64,000 nt of DNA from Candidatus Falkowbacteria bacterium HGW-Falkowbacteria-1 (GTDB lineage: Bacteria; Patescibacteriota; Patescibacteriia; Patescibacteriales; UBA12465): the NCBI GenBank assembly GCA_002840305.1, contig PHAI01000003.1, forward strand, positions 134,908 to 198,907, in the 5' to 3' direction. The notes beneath the pieces were generated by a model. The model saw nothing but the letters and a program-made list of their open reading frames with translations. It did not search any database and was not told the origin of the DNA. The position numbers were made by a program, and so were the translations under genes. Position 1 is the stretch's first letter, and each line of letters begins with the position of its first letter. Below, one piece after another: positions 1 through 9,942 of this stretch.

Positions 1-49
1 CTTGATAAAGCTAAAGCAAGGTTTTCTTTTATAATAAAATCCCTTTTGA

Positions 50-751
50 CTATAAATTTGCAATCAAAGATAAAAAGGCTATGGAGGCGGTTTCACTTCT
101 CAAGACATAAGTATTAAGGCGAACGATTTCGACCTTATTTTTTTTAGCTAATTCAATCTCAGTATTTTCAAACCCACCCTCTGGCCCAATTATAATACTA
201 ACTTTTTTACAATTTTCTTCATTTTTTTTAAAAAATTCGGTAACATTAATTCCTGAGCCATCACCTAAAAAAGTTAAGCCCTCAACCTTAGACCAAATAT
301 CAGAAAATTTAAGTGGTTCAAAAATTAATGGCAGATCTAAACGACCACACTGTTCAACCGCTTCAATAATTATTTTATTTAAACGATCCAAATTAATATC
401 TTTTTTTTCACTTCTCTTAGAAATAATTGGAAAAATTTTAGTAACACCTAGCTCAGTTGCCTTTTGAACAACCCACTCCATTTTATCTTTTTTAATTAAA
501 GATTGAAAAAGAATTATTTCTCTTTTAGGCTTAAATTTATTTTCAATATTTTTTAACCAAATAAAAATAATTATCTTTTTGGAAATTTCCTCAATTTTAT
601 ATAAAAATTCCATTTCTTGGTTAAAAAAAGAAACCTGTTCACCAACTTTCATTTTTAAAACATTTTTAATTTGGTGAAAAATTGGACAATCTTTTAGTTC
701 AATTTTTTTTTCACCAATAAAATTCTCCAAATAAAATCTATTTAATCTCAT
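50..751 (-). CDS. rsmE: 16S rRNA (uracil-1498-N3)-methyltransferase
   Basis: Motifs QKATELGV, EAVEQCGR, IIGPEGGF, LRSETA. Confidence 0.95.
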   Translation of the reverse strand: MRLNRFYLENFIGEKKIELKDCPIFHQIKNVLKMKVGEQVSFFNQEMEFLYKIEEISKKIIIFIWLKNIENKFKPKREIILFQSLIKKDKMEWVVQKATELGVTKIFPIISKRSEKKDINLDRLNKIIIEAVEQCGRLDLPLIFEPLKFSDIWSKVEGLTFLGDGSGINVTEFFKKNEENCKKVSIIIGPEGGFENTEIELAKKNKVEIVRLNTYVLRSETASIAFLSLIANL

Positions 752-773
752 ATTTTTTATTCTCTTTAAAAAA

Positions 774-2621
774 TTATTCTACAGTCACTGATTTGGCTAG
801 ATTACGCGGCTGGTCAACATTACAACCACGCATTACGGCTATATGATAGGCTAAAAGTTGCAATGGTATGGTCGTTACTAAGGGGTTCAAAATTTCCTCA
901 ACACTTGGGACCTCAATAACATGATCAGCTAACTTCTTAATTTTTGTATCCCCCTCGCTTACAACGGCAATTATTTTCCCTTTTCTAGCTTTAATTTCAC
1001 AAATATTACTAATAATTTTTTCATAAATACTGTCTTTGGGCGCCACTACTATAACTGGCATATTTTCATCTATCAGGGCTATCGGCCCATGCTTCATTTC
1101 CGCCGCCGGATAACCTTCGGCGTGAATATAGGAAATCTCTTTAAGTTTCAACGCACCCTCTAAAGCTACCGGGAAATTAATTCCTCGACCCAAAAATAAA
1201 CAATTATTAACATCCTTGTATTCTTGAGCTATCTTATAAACCTGGTCGTTAACCAATAAGGCTTTTTCTATTAATCTTGGTATATCTTCCAGGGCACTAA
1301 GCAAAATGCTCATTTTTTCTTTACTAATTGTTCCCCTGATTTGTGCCACGGCCAAAGCAATTAAGGTTAAAACTGAAACCTGCGCAGTGAAAGACTTGGT
1401 TGACGCTACACCAATTTCTGGACCAGCATGAGTATAGGCACCAGCATGACTTAATCTAGGAATCGAAGACCCAATAACATTACAAAGCCCAAAAACTGTT
1501 GCTCCTCTTTCTTTGGTCAACTGCATAGCAGCCAAGGTGTCTGCCGTTTCTCCGCTTTGGGAAATGGCAATTACTAAATCTTCTTGATAAACAACCGGAT
1601 TGCGATATCTGAATTCGGAAGCATATTCAACTTCAACCGGCAATCTAGCAATTTCTTCAAAAAGATATTTTCCTACCAATCCGGCATGCCAACTAGTGCC
1701 ACAACCAACAAAAATTAACCTTTTTATATTTTTAAGCTTCTCGCTATAATCCTGTAAACTTCGCATCTCTACCGAAACATCTTTTAAATTTATTCTCCCT
1801 CTAATAGAATCAAAAACTGACTTAGGTTGTTCATAAATTTCCTTCAGCATAAAATGAGGAAAATTGCCCTTTTCAATTTGTTCTAAATCCATTTCAAGTT
1901 TTTGCACAAAAGGATTTTTCACAACATTTTCTATTGTTTTTATTTCCAGTTTTCCTTTATCAACAACAGCTATTTCATTATCATCCAAATAGATAACATC
2001 GCGAGTATATTCTATGATCGGAGTAGCATCGCTTGCCATAAAAAACTCTCCCTTCTCTGAACCAAGTCCTATAACTAAAGGACTGCCTTTTCTAGCGGCT
2101 ATAATTTTGCTTGGATTATTTTTATCCAAAACCACAAGAGCGTAAGCGCCAACAACCTGGCTGAGAGCTAATCTAACAGCGTCTGCAACGTCGATTTTTT
2201 CATTTTTTTGAACATGTTCTATCAAATGAGCCAAAACCTCGGTATCAGTCTCGCTGGCAAATTTATATCCGTTTTTAACAAGCTCTTCTTTTAAGACATT
2301 ATAATTTTCTATGATCCCATTATGAACTATAACTAAATCGCCAGAACCAGAACTATGAGGATGAGCGTTTACATCGCTTGGCTCACCATGAGTTGCCCAG
2401 CGAGTATGCCCTATGCCAATATTTCCATTAGTATTTTTCTTGTTTTCTGAAATGTTTTTTTCCAAATCATCAACTTTTCCTTTAATTTTGTAAATATTTA
2501 AATCTTCGTCAATAATAGCGACCCCGGCACTATCGTAACCACGGTACTCCAGCCTCCTGAGTCCTTTTATTAAAATTGGGTAGGCCTGCTTTGGACCAAT
2601 GTAAGAAACTATTCCACACAT
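774..2621 (-). CDS. glmS: Glutamine--fructose-6-phosphate aminotransferase
   Basis: N-terminal MCGI, LEYRGYDSAG, GHTRWATHG, C-terminal PRNLAKSVTVE. Confidence 0.99.
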   Translation of the reverse strand: MCGIVSYIGPKQAYPILIKGLRRLEYRGYDSAGVAIIDEDLNIYKIKGKVDDLEKNISENKKNTNGNIGIGHTRWATHGEPSDVNAHPHSSGSGDLVIVHNGIIENYNVLKEELVKNGYKFASETDTEVLAHLIEHVQKNEKIDVADAVRLALSQVVGAYALVVLDKNNPSKIIAARKGSPLVIGLGSEKGEFFMASDATPIIEYTRDVIYLDDNEIAVVDKGKLEIKTIENVVKNPFVQKLEMDLEQIEKGNFPHFMLKEIYEQPKSVFDSIRGRINLKDVSVEMRSLQDYSEKLKNIKRLIFVGCGTSWHAGLVGKYLFEEIARLPVEVEYASEFRYRNPVVYQEDLVIAISQSGETADTLAAMQLTKERGATVFGLCNVIGSSIPRLSHAGAYTHAGPEIGVASTKSFTAQVSVLTLIALAVAQIRGTISKEKMSILLSALEDIPRLIEKALLVNDQVYKIAQEYKDVNNCLFLGRGINFPVALEGALKLKEISYIHAEGYPAAEMKHGPIALIDENMPVIVVAPKDSIYEKIISNICEIKARKGKIIAVVSEGDTKIKKLADHVIEVPSVEEILNPLVTTIPLQLLAYHIAVMRGCNVDQPRNLAKSVTVE

Positions 2622-2686
2622 ATATTTTTTAAATTAGTTTATTGTATTTTTATTCTTTTTGTTTATTTTTTAAAAAATTATTTTTG

Positions 2687-2757
2687 TCGGAATGCCCGGA
2701 ATCGAACCGGGGCTACATGCACCCCATGCACGCGTACTACCATTATACTACACTCCG
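2687..2757 (-). tRNA. tRNA-Pro(GGG)
   Basis: Reverse complement CGGAGTGTAGTATAATGGTAGT...CGTGC-ATGGGGT-GCATG...GGTTCGATTCC GGGCATTCCGA folds as a cloverleaf with anticodon GGG. Confidence 0.93.
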
Positions 2758-2791
2758 AAATTAAAACATAAATCTTTCTTAATTTTACTAT

Positions 2792-3439
2792 TTATTTTTT
2801 AAAGGTAATATAATTTTTATTATTAGTATAAATTATTTCTAAGCCAACTTTCTTGGCAATTTCTTCAAAAGTCTTTAAATTATAAAAACCAATGTGGCTC
2901 ACATCATTGATATACCACCAAGACTTAAATCTCTCATCATCGCTTGGATGAAATAATGTCATAACAGATAAAAGGCCACCATCTTTTAGCAATTTCGCAA
3001 ACTCTAAAAAATAATCCAAAGGATTTTTTAAATGTTCAACTACTTCCGTAGAAACAATTAGGTCATATTTCTTACCTTCATAATTTTTTTCCGGAAAATA
3101 AAAAAGATCATAAATATCAACCGAAAAATTATAATCTTTTTTTAATATTTCTGCCAAAACCGGAGACGGCCCACAACCAAAATCCAAAACATTTTTTGTG
3201 CCAGAACAATACGGGATAATAGCTGTATCAATAAATTTTTTAAAATACTCCACATAGCCCTGATCATCTATCGAATTGTTATGCCTATTATACCTCGCCA
3301 ACTCTTCCTCTGAACTAATTATAAATTCGTCACCCTTAAAAATAAAATCGCAAGACAAACACTGAAAATATTTTATATTAAGTTTCTCGTGAAATATTTC
3401 TCTGGTCTTGTCACCACAAATTTTACAAACATTTTTCAT
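2792..3439 (-). CDS. Class I SAM-dependent methyltransferase with N-terminal zinc ribbon
   Basis: CKIC...CLSC, LDFGCGP, EVVEHL; start moved to ATG 3439 (MKNVCKIC) to avoid overlap with the upstream gene. Confidence 0.85.
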   Translation of the reverse strand: MKNVCKICGDKTREIFHEKLNIKYFQCLSCDFIFKGDEFIISSEEELARYNRHNNSIDDQGYVEYFKKFIDTAIIPYCSGTKNVLDFGCGPSPVLAEILKKDYNFSVDIYDLFYFPEKNYEGKKYDLIVSTEVVEHLKNPLDYFLEFAKLLKDGGLLSVMTLFHPSDDERFKSWWYINDVSHIGFYNLKTFEEIAKKVGLEIIYTNNKNYITFKK

Positions 3440-3443
3440 ACCT

Positions 3444-4661
3444 TTATTTTTCCAAGACAATAACTTCGCGCCAAACTTTTTGTTCTTCTCTACCATAAAC
3501 AATTGTTCCGTTTAGATCGCTCATGTCCAGAGATAAGGCTGTGAATTCTTTTTCATCAATATCTAGTGTTGGTCGAAAAACAAAATCATCAACATTCGGA
3601 TTTATCTTCCAGATCTTATTTTCAGCTCTAAACTGTGGCCAAACCATAACTATCCTGCCGCCTGGTTTCAACAATTTAAACAAAACTTTTAAAGAACCGG
3701 AGTATAAAACATTTAGCTCTTCAACCACCTCGTCAAAATTTTTAAAACCTCTTTGTGGACCTAAATAAGGCTCGCAAACAATATAATCAAGAGAATTTTC
3801 TTCTAAATTTTTGCTCAAATTTAAAACATCAGCTTGAAAAATGTTTATATTGCTTTTATTTTTATTAAACAAATTTTCTATCCATTCAATATTTTTTTGA
3901 CTATTTAAAACTGCTTTATCTGATAAGTCTGAACCAATTATTTTTTCAAAACCCATCAAATAAGCTTCCATTAGGATAGTGCCAGAGCCACAAAAAGGAT
4001 CAATCAAAACTTTCTTTTTATACTTTTTGTCATCTCTCCTGGCCAAATTAATCATAATTTGAGCTAATTTTGGTGGAATCATACCAGAATGGTCATCGCG
4101 ATTAGGTCGACCGAAATCTCTTTTAGATAAACTTTTAAAATCTTGCACTGCCAAAGTTTTACCTAAAAATACCTTAGTTTTGTCAACCATAAAACATAAT
4201 TCTATGCCGTTTCTTAATAATTTATTCTGCTCCACTACTACGCTAGACAAAATCGGTTCTCTCGACATTACCATGCGACTAGAAATATCTAGCTTCTTTA
4301 AATCTTTTTTGACGGCAAGCCCAAGCTTAAAAAAGTCACCTGACAATTTATTTTTATTATAAAAAGAAAAACCAAAATTAAATTTGCCAGAAACATCGTC
4401 CTGCCGAGCGCTAGAAACTATTGCTTCTTTAACACTGTCTGATAATTTGTGCCTATTCGCTAAGCTGAAATCTGCTACGATTTCGCCTATTTTTATAGTT
4501 CCACCCAAAAGAAGCATCAACTCTTTGATGTCCAAGTCATCTGAAAAGTCAGACAAAACTATAGCCCCGCATCTCTGCCACTTATTTTTTGGAAAAAGAG
4601 CGTTTAGCTCGGCTAAAGACAAGTTAAAATTATTTCCTAAAGCAAAAAAGTATTTTTTCAT
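3444..4661 (-). CDS. Trm11/TrmG10-like RNA methyltransferase
   Basis: PPKLAQIMIN, DPFCGSGTIL, CEPYLGP motifs. Confidence 0.75.
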   Translation of the reverse strand: MKKYFFALGNNFNLSLAELNALFPKNKWQRCGAIVLSDFSDDLDIKELMLLLGGTIKIGEIVADFSLANRHKLSDSVKEAIVSSARQDDVSGKFNFGFSFYNKNKLSGDFFKLGLAVKKDLKKLDISSRMVMSREPILSSVVVEQNKLLRNGIELCFMVDKTKVFLGKTLAVQDFKSLSKRDFGRPNRDDHSGMIPPKLAQIMINLARRDDKKYKKKVLIDPFCGSGTILMEAYLMGFEKIIGSDLSDKAVLNSQKNIEWIENLFNKNKSNINIFQADVLNLSKNLEENSLDYIVCEPYLGPQRGFKNFDEVVEELNVLYSGSLKVLFKLLKPGGRIVMVWPQFRAENKIWKINPNVDDFVFRPTLDIDEKEFTALSLDMSDLNGTIVYGREEQKVWREVIVLEK

Positions 4662-4781
4662 TATTTTTAATGATTATTATTTTATAAAACAATTATAACA
4701 CTAAAAAATCAAATAAAAAAGACCAATTAACACCTCTTGATTTTTTTATTTAAGTATTATATAATAAACTCAAATTAAACA

Positions 4782-4841
4782 ACCTTTCCCATGTCCTTTA
4801 TTTTTAAAGGTCAATTCTGCCAAAAGAGCAGAATTAAAGGT
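4782..4841 (+). promoter_or_regulatory. Putative S6:S18 ribosomal protein leader RNA
   Basis: ACCTTT/AAAGGT outer stem encloses unpaired CCC and two hairpins (CCTTTA/TAAAGG; AATTCTGC/GCAGAATT) upstream of rpsF-ssb-rpsR. Confidence 0.45.
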
Positions 4842-4997
4842 ATTCTATAGAAACCCATTTTCTTTGAATACTTTGGGTTTTTTTGTTTAAAAAGCTCAAT
4901 ATTGAGCTTTAGAGAATTTAATAATTTAAGATAAAAATGTCATTTAAGCTTTAACTTTAATTTTAGTTAAATTTAAAAACATTTTGCTAAAGTTTTT

Positions 4998-5510
4998 ATG
5001 TCAAAAACAAAAGCTTCTGGTCTCATCCATTATGAAATTTTGTTTATTATTCCAAACAAATTCACCGATGATGAGGCTCAAAAAGTTTTCAAGAAGGTTG
5101 GAGGGATAATAGTTTCCAACGATGGAAAAATTTCCATGGAAGATTATTGGGGAAAAAGAAAATTCGCATACCCAATAAATCACGAGTATTATGGCTATTA
5201 CGGCCTTTATGAGTTTGATCTAGAAAGGAATTTAATCGCCAAAATAAACGACACCCTAAGATTGGATAAGGAGGTTGTTAGGTTTATAATTGTTAAAAAG
5301 GAAGTCAAAAGTGAAGAACAAATTAAAAAGGACAAAAAGATAAAAGAAAAAATAGAAAACAAGAAAAACGAAGAAATAGAAAACAAAAAAGAAGAAGTAA
5401 AAAAGGAAATCAAAAAAACTTCAAAGAAAAAAGACGGTGGTGAGAAACTAGATTTAAAAAATCTAGATGAAAAACTAGAAGACGTCTTAAATATCGATAA
5501 TTTATTGTAA
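4998..5510 (+). CDS. rpsF: 30S ribosomal protein S6 with charged C-terminal extension
   Basis: YEILFII, WGKRKFAYPI; rpsF-ssb-rpsR synteny. Confidence 0.95.
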   Translation: MSKTKASGLIHYEILFIIPNKFTDDEAQKVFKKVGGIIVSNDGKISMEDYWGKRKFAYPINHEYYGYYGLYEFDLERNLIAKINDTLRLDKEVVRFIIVKKEVKSEEQIKKDKKIKEKIENKKNEEIENKKEEVKKEIKKTSKKKDGGEKLDLKNLDEKLEDVLNIDNLL

Positions 5511-5564
5511 GCTTTACAATTAATTTTTATTTAATATAAGCTTTATATTAAATAAGCAAAAAAT

Positions 5565-6005
5565 ATGTATTCTCTAAACAAAGCTATGGTTATTGGCAAT
5601 TTGACCAGAGACCCAGAAATAAGAAACACAAATTCAGGCCAAACCGTTACTTCTTTTTCTGTGGCCACTAATTTTAACTGGACTGACCAAAGTGGACAAC
5701 AACAAAGCAAGGCTGAATTTCACAATATAATTGCCTGGAGGAAGTTAGGAGAAATCTGTGGGCAATATTTAACCAAGGGAACAAAAGTTTATATTGAGGG
5801 TCGAATTCAAACCAACGAATGGACAGGACAAGACAATGTTAAACGTCAGAGGACAGAAATAGTTGCCGAAAATATGATTATCTTGAGCCCAAAGTCAGGT
5901 GGAGGGCCAATCAAAGATGGCGGCAAAAATAATGAAATTGACGAAATTATCATCCCAGAAAGCGAAAGTGAAGACGAAATAAAAATAGAAGATATTCCAT
6001 TCTAA
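5565..6005 (+). CDS. ssb: Single-stranded DNA-binding protein
   Basis: LNKAMVIGNLTRDPE, KVYIEGR, C-terminal EDIPF. Confidence 0.98.
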   Translation: MYSLNKAMVIGNLTRDPEIRNTNSGQTVTSFSVATNFNWTDQSGQQQSKAEFHNIIAWRKLGEICGQYLTKGTKVYIEGRIQTNEWTGQDNVKRQRTEIVAENMIILSPKSGGGPIKDGGKNNEIDEIIIPESESEDEIKIEDIPF

Positions 6006-6063
6006 ATAAAAAATTAAATAAAAAAAGTAGCCTAAAAAGCTCAAAAAATAAGAAAATAAAACT

Positions 6064-6279
6064 ATGAACAACAAAAAGAAAACAAAGGAGTGCCATTTTT
6101 GCACAAATAATTCCAATCCTGATTACAAAGACTCAAAAACTTTGTATGGTTTTGTCAATTATTATATGAAAATTATTGGTAAAAAAAGAACAGGCATCTG
6201 TTCTTGGCATCAAAGAAAATTAACCACGGCCATTAAAAGAGCGAGAAAAATGGCATTGCTTGGATTCACTCATAAATAA
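6064..6279 (+). CDS. rpsR: 30S ribosomal protein S18 (Zn-binding type)
   Basis: CHFC, DYKD, HQRKLTTAIKRARKMALL. Confidence 0.95.
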   Translation: MNNKKKTKECHFCTNNSNPDYKDSKTLYGFVNYYMKIIGKKRTGICSWHQRKLTTAIKRARKMALLGFTHK

Positions 6280-6285
6280 AAAGAT

Positions 6286-6843
6286 ATGTTAAGTTTAAAC
6301 GAAATAAAAACTGGAAAAGTTTTAGACATAAACAACGAACCATACATAATAGTAAAAACTGACCATCACAAAACAGGAAGAAGCGGGGCCGTATTAAAAG
6401 TCAAAATGAAAAATCTTATAAACGGCACCGTACTGGAAAAGACCTACCAAGGAAGTGATAAAGCCGAAGAAGCCAAGACGGAAACAAAAAAAGCTAATTT
6501 CATGTACAAAGACCAGAGCGAAGCTTACTTTATGGACAATACTAGCTTTGAACAATTTTCCTTGTCCTTGGAAGACTTAGGGTCTCAAGAAAAATATTTA
6601 AAGGAAGAAACTGATGTCGATGTTTTATATTTCAACGACAACCCAGTATCAATCAGTCTCCCAATAAAAATGGATTTCAAAGTAGTTAGCGCTCCTCCTG
6701 GAGTAAAGGGAAATTCTAGCGGAAATGTTAACAAACAAGTAGAATTAGAAACCGGGGCGATGATTACTGTTCCTCTTTTTATAAATGAAGGAGACGTCAT
6801 TAGAATAAACACTGACACAGAAGAATACGTTGAAAGAGCCTAG
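6286..6843 (+). CDS. efp: Elongation factor P
   Basis: KTGRSGA loop, YFMD..SFEQ, PGVKG, LETGAMITVPLFINEGD. Confidence 0.97.
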   Translation: MLSLNEIKTGKVLDINNEPYIIVKTDHHKTGRSGAVLKVKMKNLINGTVLEKTYQGSDKAEEAKTETKKANFMYKDQSEAYFMDNTSFEQFSLSLEDLGSQEKYLKEETDVDVLYFNDNPVSISLPIKMDFKVVSAPPGVKGNSSGNVNKQVELETGAMITVPLFINEGDVIRINTDTEEYVERA

Positions 6844-6852
6844 ATAAATTTT

Positions 6853-6900
6853 TTAAATAAAAAAGCATCGCTTCTTAATTGGCGATGCTTTTTTATTTAA
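6853..6900. terminator. Bidirectional intrinsic terminator
   Basis: 19-bp perfect inverted repeat TTAAATAAAAAAGCATCGC/GCGATGCTTTTTTATTTAA between convergent genes. Confidence 0.9.
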
Positions 6901-6940
6901 AAAGTTAAAATATAAACTACTACTGTTTTTCTTTCCAAGA

Positions 6941-7429
6941 TTATTCTAAGGCAGGACAATCTCCGTTATAGAATTTTTCTACTGAACACTCTACTCCATC
7001 GCTCAAAACACAAACATCTTGTAGTTGATTGGATAGTTTACCTCCAGACCAGACGCAATATTTTTGATTAGTATTATTAAAACTATTTGTTTCAACGCCA
7101 CCCACTGGGCAATTACCTCTAAATAAAGCCCATTCTTCGCAAGCCATATCATTTTCAAAATAACATAAACCATATTCACCTCCGTCACCGCGCTTTTCAA
7201 TCACCAGATTGCCACCCAACTTTACGCAATTACTTGAAGCCGGATTAGCCAATTGAGAATTGTTGTTTGGTAGCGAAGGATCTGCATCAACCATATTTCC
7301 GATTTCGTTATCCTTAACAACATCACTCACCGAATTATCAGTCTTATTCATTTTCGATAAGACAACTAAAACCATTATCGCCACAACAAACAAGGCGACG
7401 AGAATTAATATTTTTTCAAATTTTTTCAT
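6941..7429 (-). CDS. DUF333 domain membrane-anchored protein
   Basis: N-terminal TM helix; ANPASSNC..LGG...C.EWALFRG.C plus a second degenerate Cys repeat. Confidence 0.85.
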   Translation of the reverse strand: MKKFEKILILVALFVVAIMVLVVLSKMNKTDNSVSDVVKDNEIGNMVDADPSLPNNNSQLANPASSNCVKLGGNLVIEKRGDGGEYGLCYFENDMACEEWALFRGNCPVGGVETNSFNNTNQKYCVWSGGKLSNQLQDVCVLSDGVECSVEKFYNGDCPALE

Positions 7430-7452
7430 ATATTTAAACCTAAAATAATTTA

Positions 7453-9165
7453 TTATTTTCTTTCTGTTTCTAGTAAGTCATCAAAGCCAATTTCATTGGA
7501 CACACTTATATTTCCATCGCCCATTAAAACTGGCAAAACATTAGGTCCGTCAAAATTATTATAACGATCGAAGAACTCTTTAACGGCCGGGATAACTACG
7601 TTCTTCTTATAAAAATATGAATCTTTTGACTGCGAAATAACTGGGAATACATAAGCCGGGACATATAATTCTTGACTAATCATGGAATAATTATCGTAAT
7701 TCCAAATCTTTACTAAATCCAATCTTGGTGCTCCCAATTCAATATCAATAACCTCATAATTAAAGTCATCTTCAAAATAATCATAATAAGGATATTCACC
7801 GCCCCTATAAACAAGCTCCATTATTTTATCTTTGTTCGTTTCAGTCTCATAGCTAGAACTTTCATACTGTTGATAAAACAAACCATAGAGTCCCGCAACT
7901 TTTTTCTCCCTAATATCAACATCAACGCTCAAGCCTGTTTTTTGACCATACTCTTCATAAACGGTCCTGCCTTCAATTGTCAAAGGATAAATAACGCTTA
8001 TACTCTCAGGAATATAGTAAGAAGCTTTGTCAGATGATAAATAGTAATCTCTCATCCATTCGTTTTGAACTTCCCCTGGGCCATAATTACTTATATCAAT
8101 TTTATAATTTTTTAAAAAATCATCACTAATCTGTAAAATTTCTTGATTACTTAAAACCTCATTAAAAGACAACTGATAATCTTCGAAGCATTGATAATTT
8201 TCCCAACCGCCGCATAAGGTTTCGGCCCTAGGCCATCTTTTCCAGTTTTTATAAAGTGAAAAACTTCCATCCTCTAAACCGAAGTATACACTATAGCCAA
8301 AATCTCGATCTTCAAGCAAGTTAAAATTGGATATTCCAACATCAGTAAATTTACTGAAATCTACCAAAGAAAAACTTTTGCCAATAAAATCATTGGCTAA
8401 TTCTTTTGACAAATTAGGAACGGTTTTTTTAAAAACATCTTCTTCGGATTTAAACATGTCAAAATCACCACCGGTATATATGTAATTATATCTAACTGGC
8501 ATTCGCATTACAGACATTTCATCTCCACTAACACCATTTTCAAAATTGAGGATATCTTCAGTTTGAGGCGCGCTGGCAAAGCTTCCACCAGCACCAAACC
8601 CAGAAGTATCGCTAGACATCATCTTGATGGCTTCGCTTGAAGCGCCCAAAGGACGAGAGGAAATAGCCGAAGATGATTCCTGAAAAGATGTAGATAAAGA
8701 TGTAGATTGAGAATATAGAGATCCAAAGCTATTTTTGTCCTTCTTTACTATTTTAGTCTCACTTAGAATATCTAAATACTTATTTTGAAAATCATTTTTT
8801 GAAATATCTGGACTTTGCTTTTGTAATTCTACAAAAGAAAAACTAACAACCAAAAGCAAAAGAACCGAAACTATAACAAAAGAACGAGAAAGATCAAACA
8901 AAAAATTAAAGGAAAAGAAATAATCTTTGTTTTTCTTTTCTTCAATTCCTTTTTTTACATCTTTTTTGCTTCTAACTACATTTTTTTCTTCCATTTTTAA
9001 CATATTCCTCAAGTCTTCGATAAATCTACTGTCCGGTTTAATTTCCGGTTGCAAAAGCAAAAGCTCCTTTATAATTTTAGCTATTTTTTTCTCATGCTTT
9101 TTAAATTCTGGATCGATTTTGTACAAATCGTCCAAAATATCTTTTATTTTTTTGTCACTTTTCAT
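7453..9165 (-). CDS. Single-pass membrane protein, probable anti-sigma factor
   Basis: Starts 4 bp after the ECF sigma gene; cytoplasmic N-terminus, one TM helix, large extracellular domain. Confidence 0.55.
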   Translation of the reverse strand: MKSDKKIKDILDDLYKIDPEFKKHEKKIAKIIKELLLLQPEIKPDSRFIEDLRNMLKMEEKNVVRSKKDVKKGIEEKKNKDYFFSFNFLFDLSRSFVIVSVLLLLVVSFSFVELQKQSPDISKNDFQNKYLDILSETKIVKKDKNSFGSLYSQSTSLSTSFQESSSAISSRPLGASSEAIKMMSSDTSGFGAGGSFASAPQTEDILNFENGVSGDEMSVMRMPVRYNYIYTGGDFDMFKSEEDVFKKTVPNLSKELANDFIGKSFSLVDFSKFTDVGISNFNLLEDRDFGYSVYFGLEDGSFSLYKNWKRWPRAETLCGGWENYQCFEDYQLSFNEVLSNQEILQISDDFLKNYKIDISNYGPGEVQNEWMRDYYLSSDKASYYIPESISVIYPLTIEGRTVYEEYGQKTGLSVDVDIREKKVAGLYGLFYQQYESSSYETETNKDKIMELVYRGGEYPYYDYFEDDFNYEVIDIELGAPRLDLVKIWNYDNYSMISQELYVPAYVFPVISQSKDSYFYKKNVVIPAVKEFFDRYNNFDGPNVLPVLMGDGNISVSNEIGFDDLLETERK

Positions 9166-9169
9166 AAAT

Positions 9170-9751
9170 TTAAAAATTAGTTTTTAATATATTTAAAAGA
9201 AAAATTAAAATGAAATATTCTAGCGGTAGACTTTCCTTAATTTTATTTAAGGATCTAGAGAAAGAAACTTTACAACTGTCCTCGCTATCACCATTTATTA
9301 CCGAAATTTCTTTATAGCTCAATTCATCCCAAACGCGCATTATTACAATGTCTCTTTGTTTTGGGCTTAAAATATTAACCGCTTTTTTTAATGTTTCAAT
9401 TCTTTGTTTTTTATCAACATCTAACATAAGGTCAGAATCAGAGGACAAATTGAAGGCTTTTTCTAGGTCAATGTCTTTTTTATTGCCTCGATAATGATCT
9501 ATGAGCAAATTATAAGCTATTTTATAAAGCCAGGCTGAAAAATTTTTTTCAGAAAAATCAGCCGAACCAATGGCCTTTAAGGCCTTGAGAAAAACTTGGC
9601 TACTTAAATCTTCAGCTGTTTCCTTGTGACTAACACGATAATAAACAAAACGGTAAATTTTGCTCAGATAGGCATCATATAGACCTGAAAAAGCGGAAAA
9701 ATCACCATTTTGGCACTTTTCTATTAACTTTTGTTCCTCTTGCATATTCAT
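9170..9751 (-). CDS. ECF-family RNA polymerase sigma factor
   Basis: AEDLSSQVFLKA, FSAWLYKIAYN..IDHYR, region 4 LSYKEIS. Confidence 0.95.
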   Translation of the reverse strand: MNMQEEQKLIEKCQNGDFSAFSGLYDAYLSKIYRFVYYRVSHKETAEDLSSQVFLKALKAIGSADFSEKNFSAWLYKIAYNLLIDHYRGNKKDIDLEKAFNLSSDSDLMLDVDKKQRIETLKKAVNILSPKQRDIVIMRVWDELSYKEISVINGDSEDSCKVSFSRSLNKIKESLPLEYFILIFLLNILKTNF

Positions 9752-9797
9752 TTTGAAAGCTTAAATAAATCAATTGTTTTATCTGTCTGTAAAATAA

Positions 9798-9823
9798 AAC
9801 GAACAAAAAAGACAAAGGTAACA
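9798..9823 (-). promoter_or_regulatory. Possible ECF autoregulatory promoter
   Basis: TGTTAC-N16-CGTT on the minus strand about 46 bp upstream of the sigma start. Confidence 0.35.
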
Positions 9824-9942
9824 GTTTCAAATATACCATAATTATAGCATATTTTGGTATATTACTAAAACATTGAAACAATGTAGAAGCAATATGAACG
9901 CAATAGTCAAAAAACGATTTAGATGTTATAATAAAGAAAAAT

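Noticed and set aside
2622..2686. glmS ribozyme upstream of glmS
   Set aside because: Only 65 bp of A/T-rich sequence separate glmS from tRNA-Pro; no room or structure
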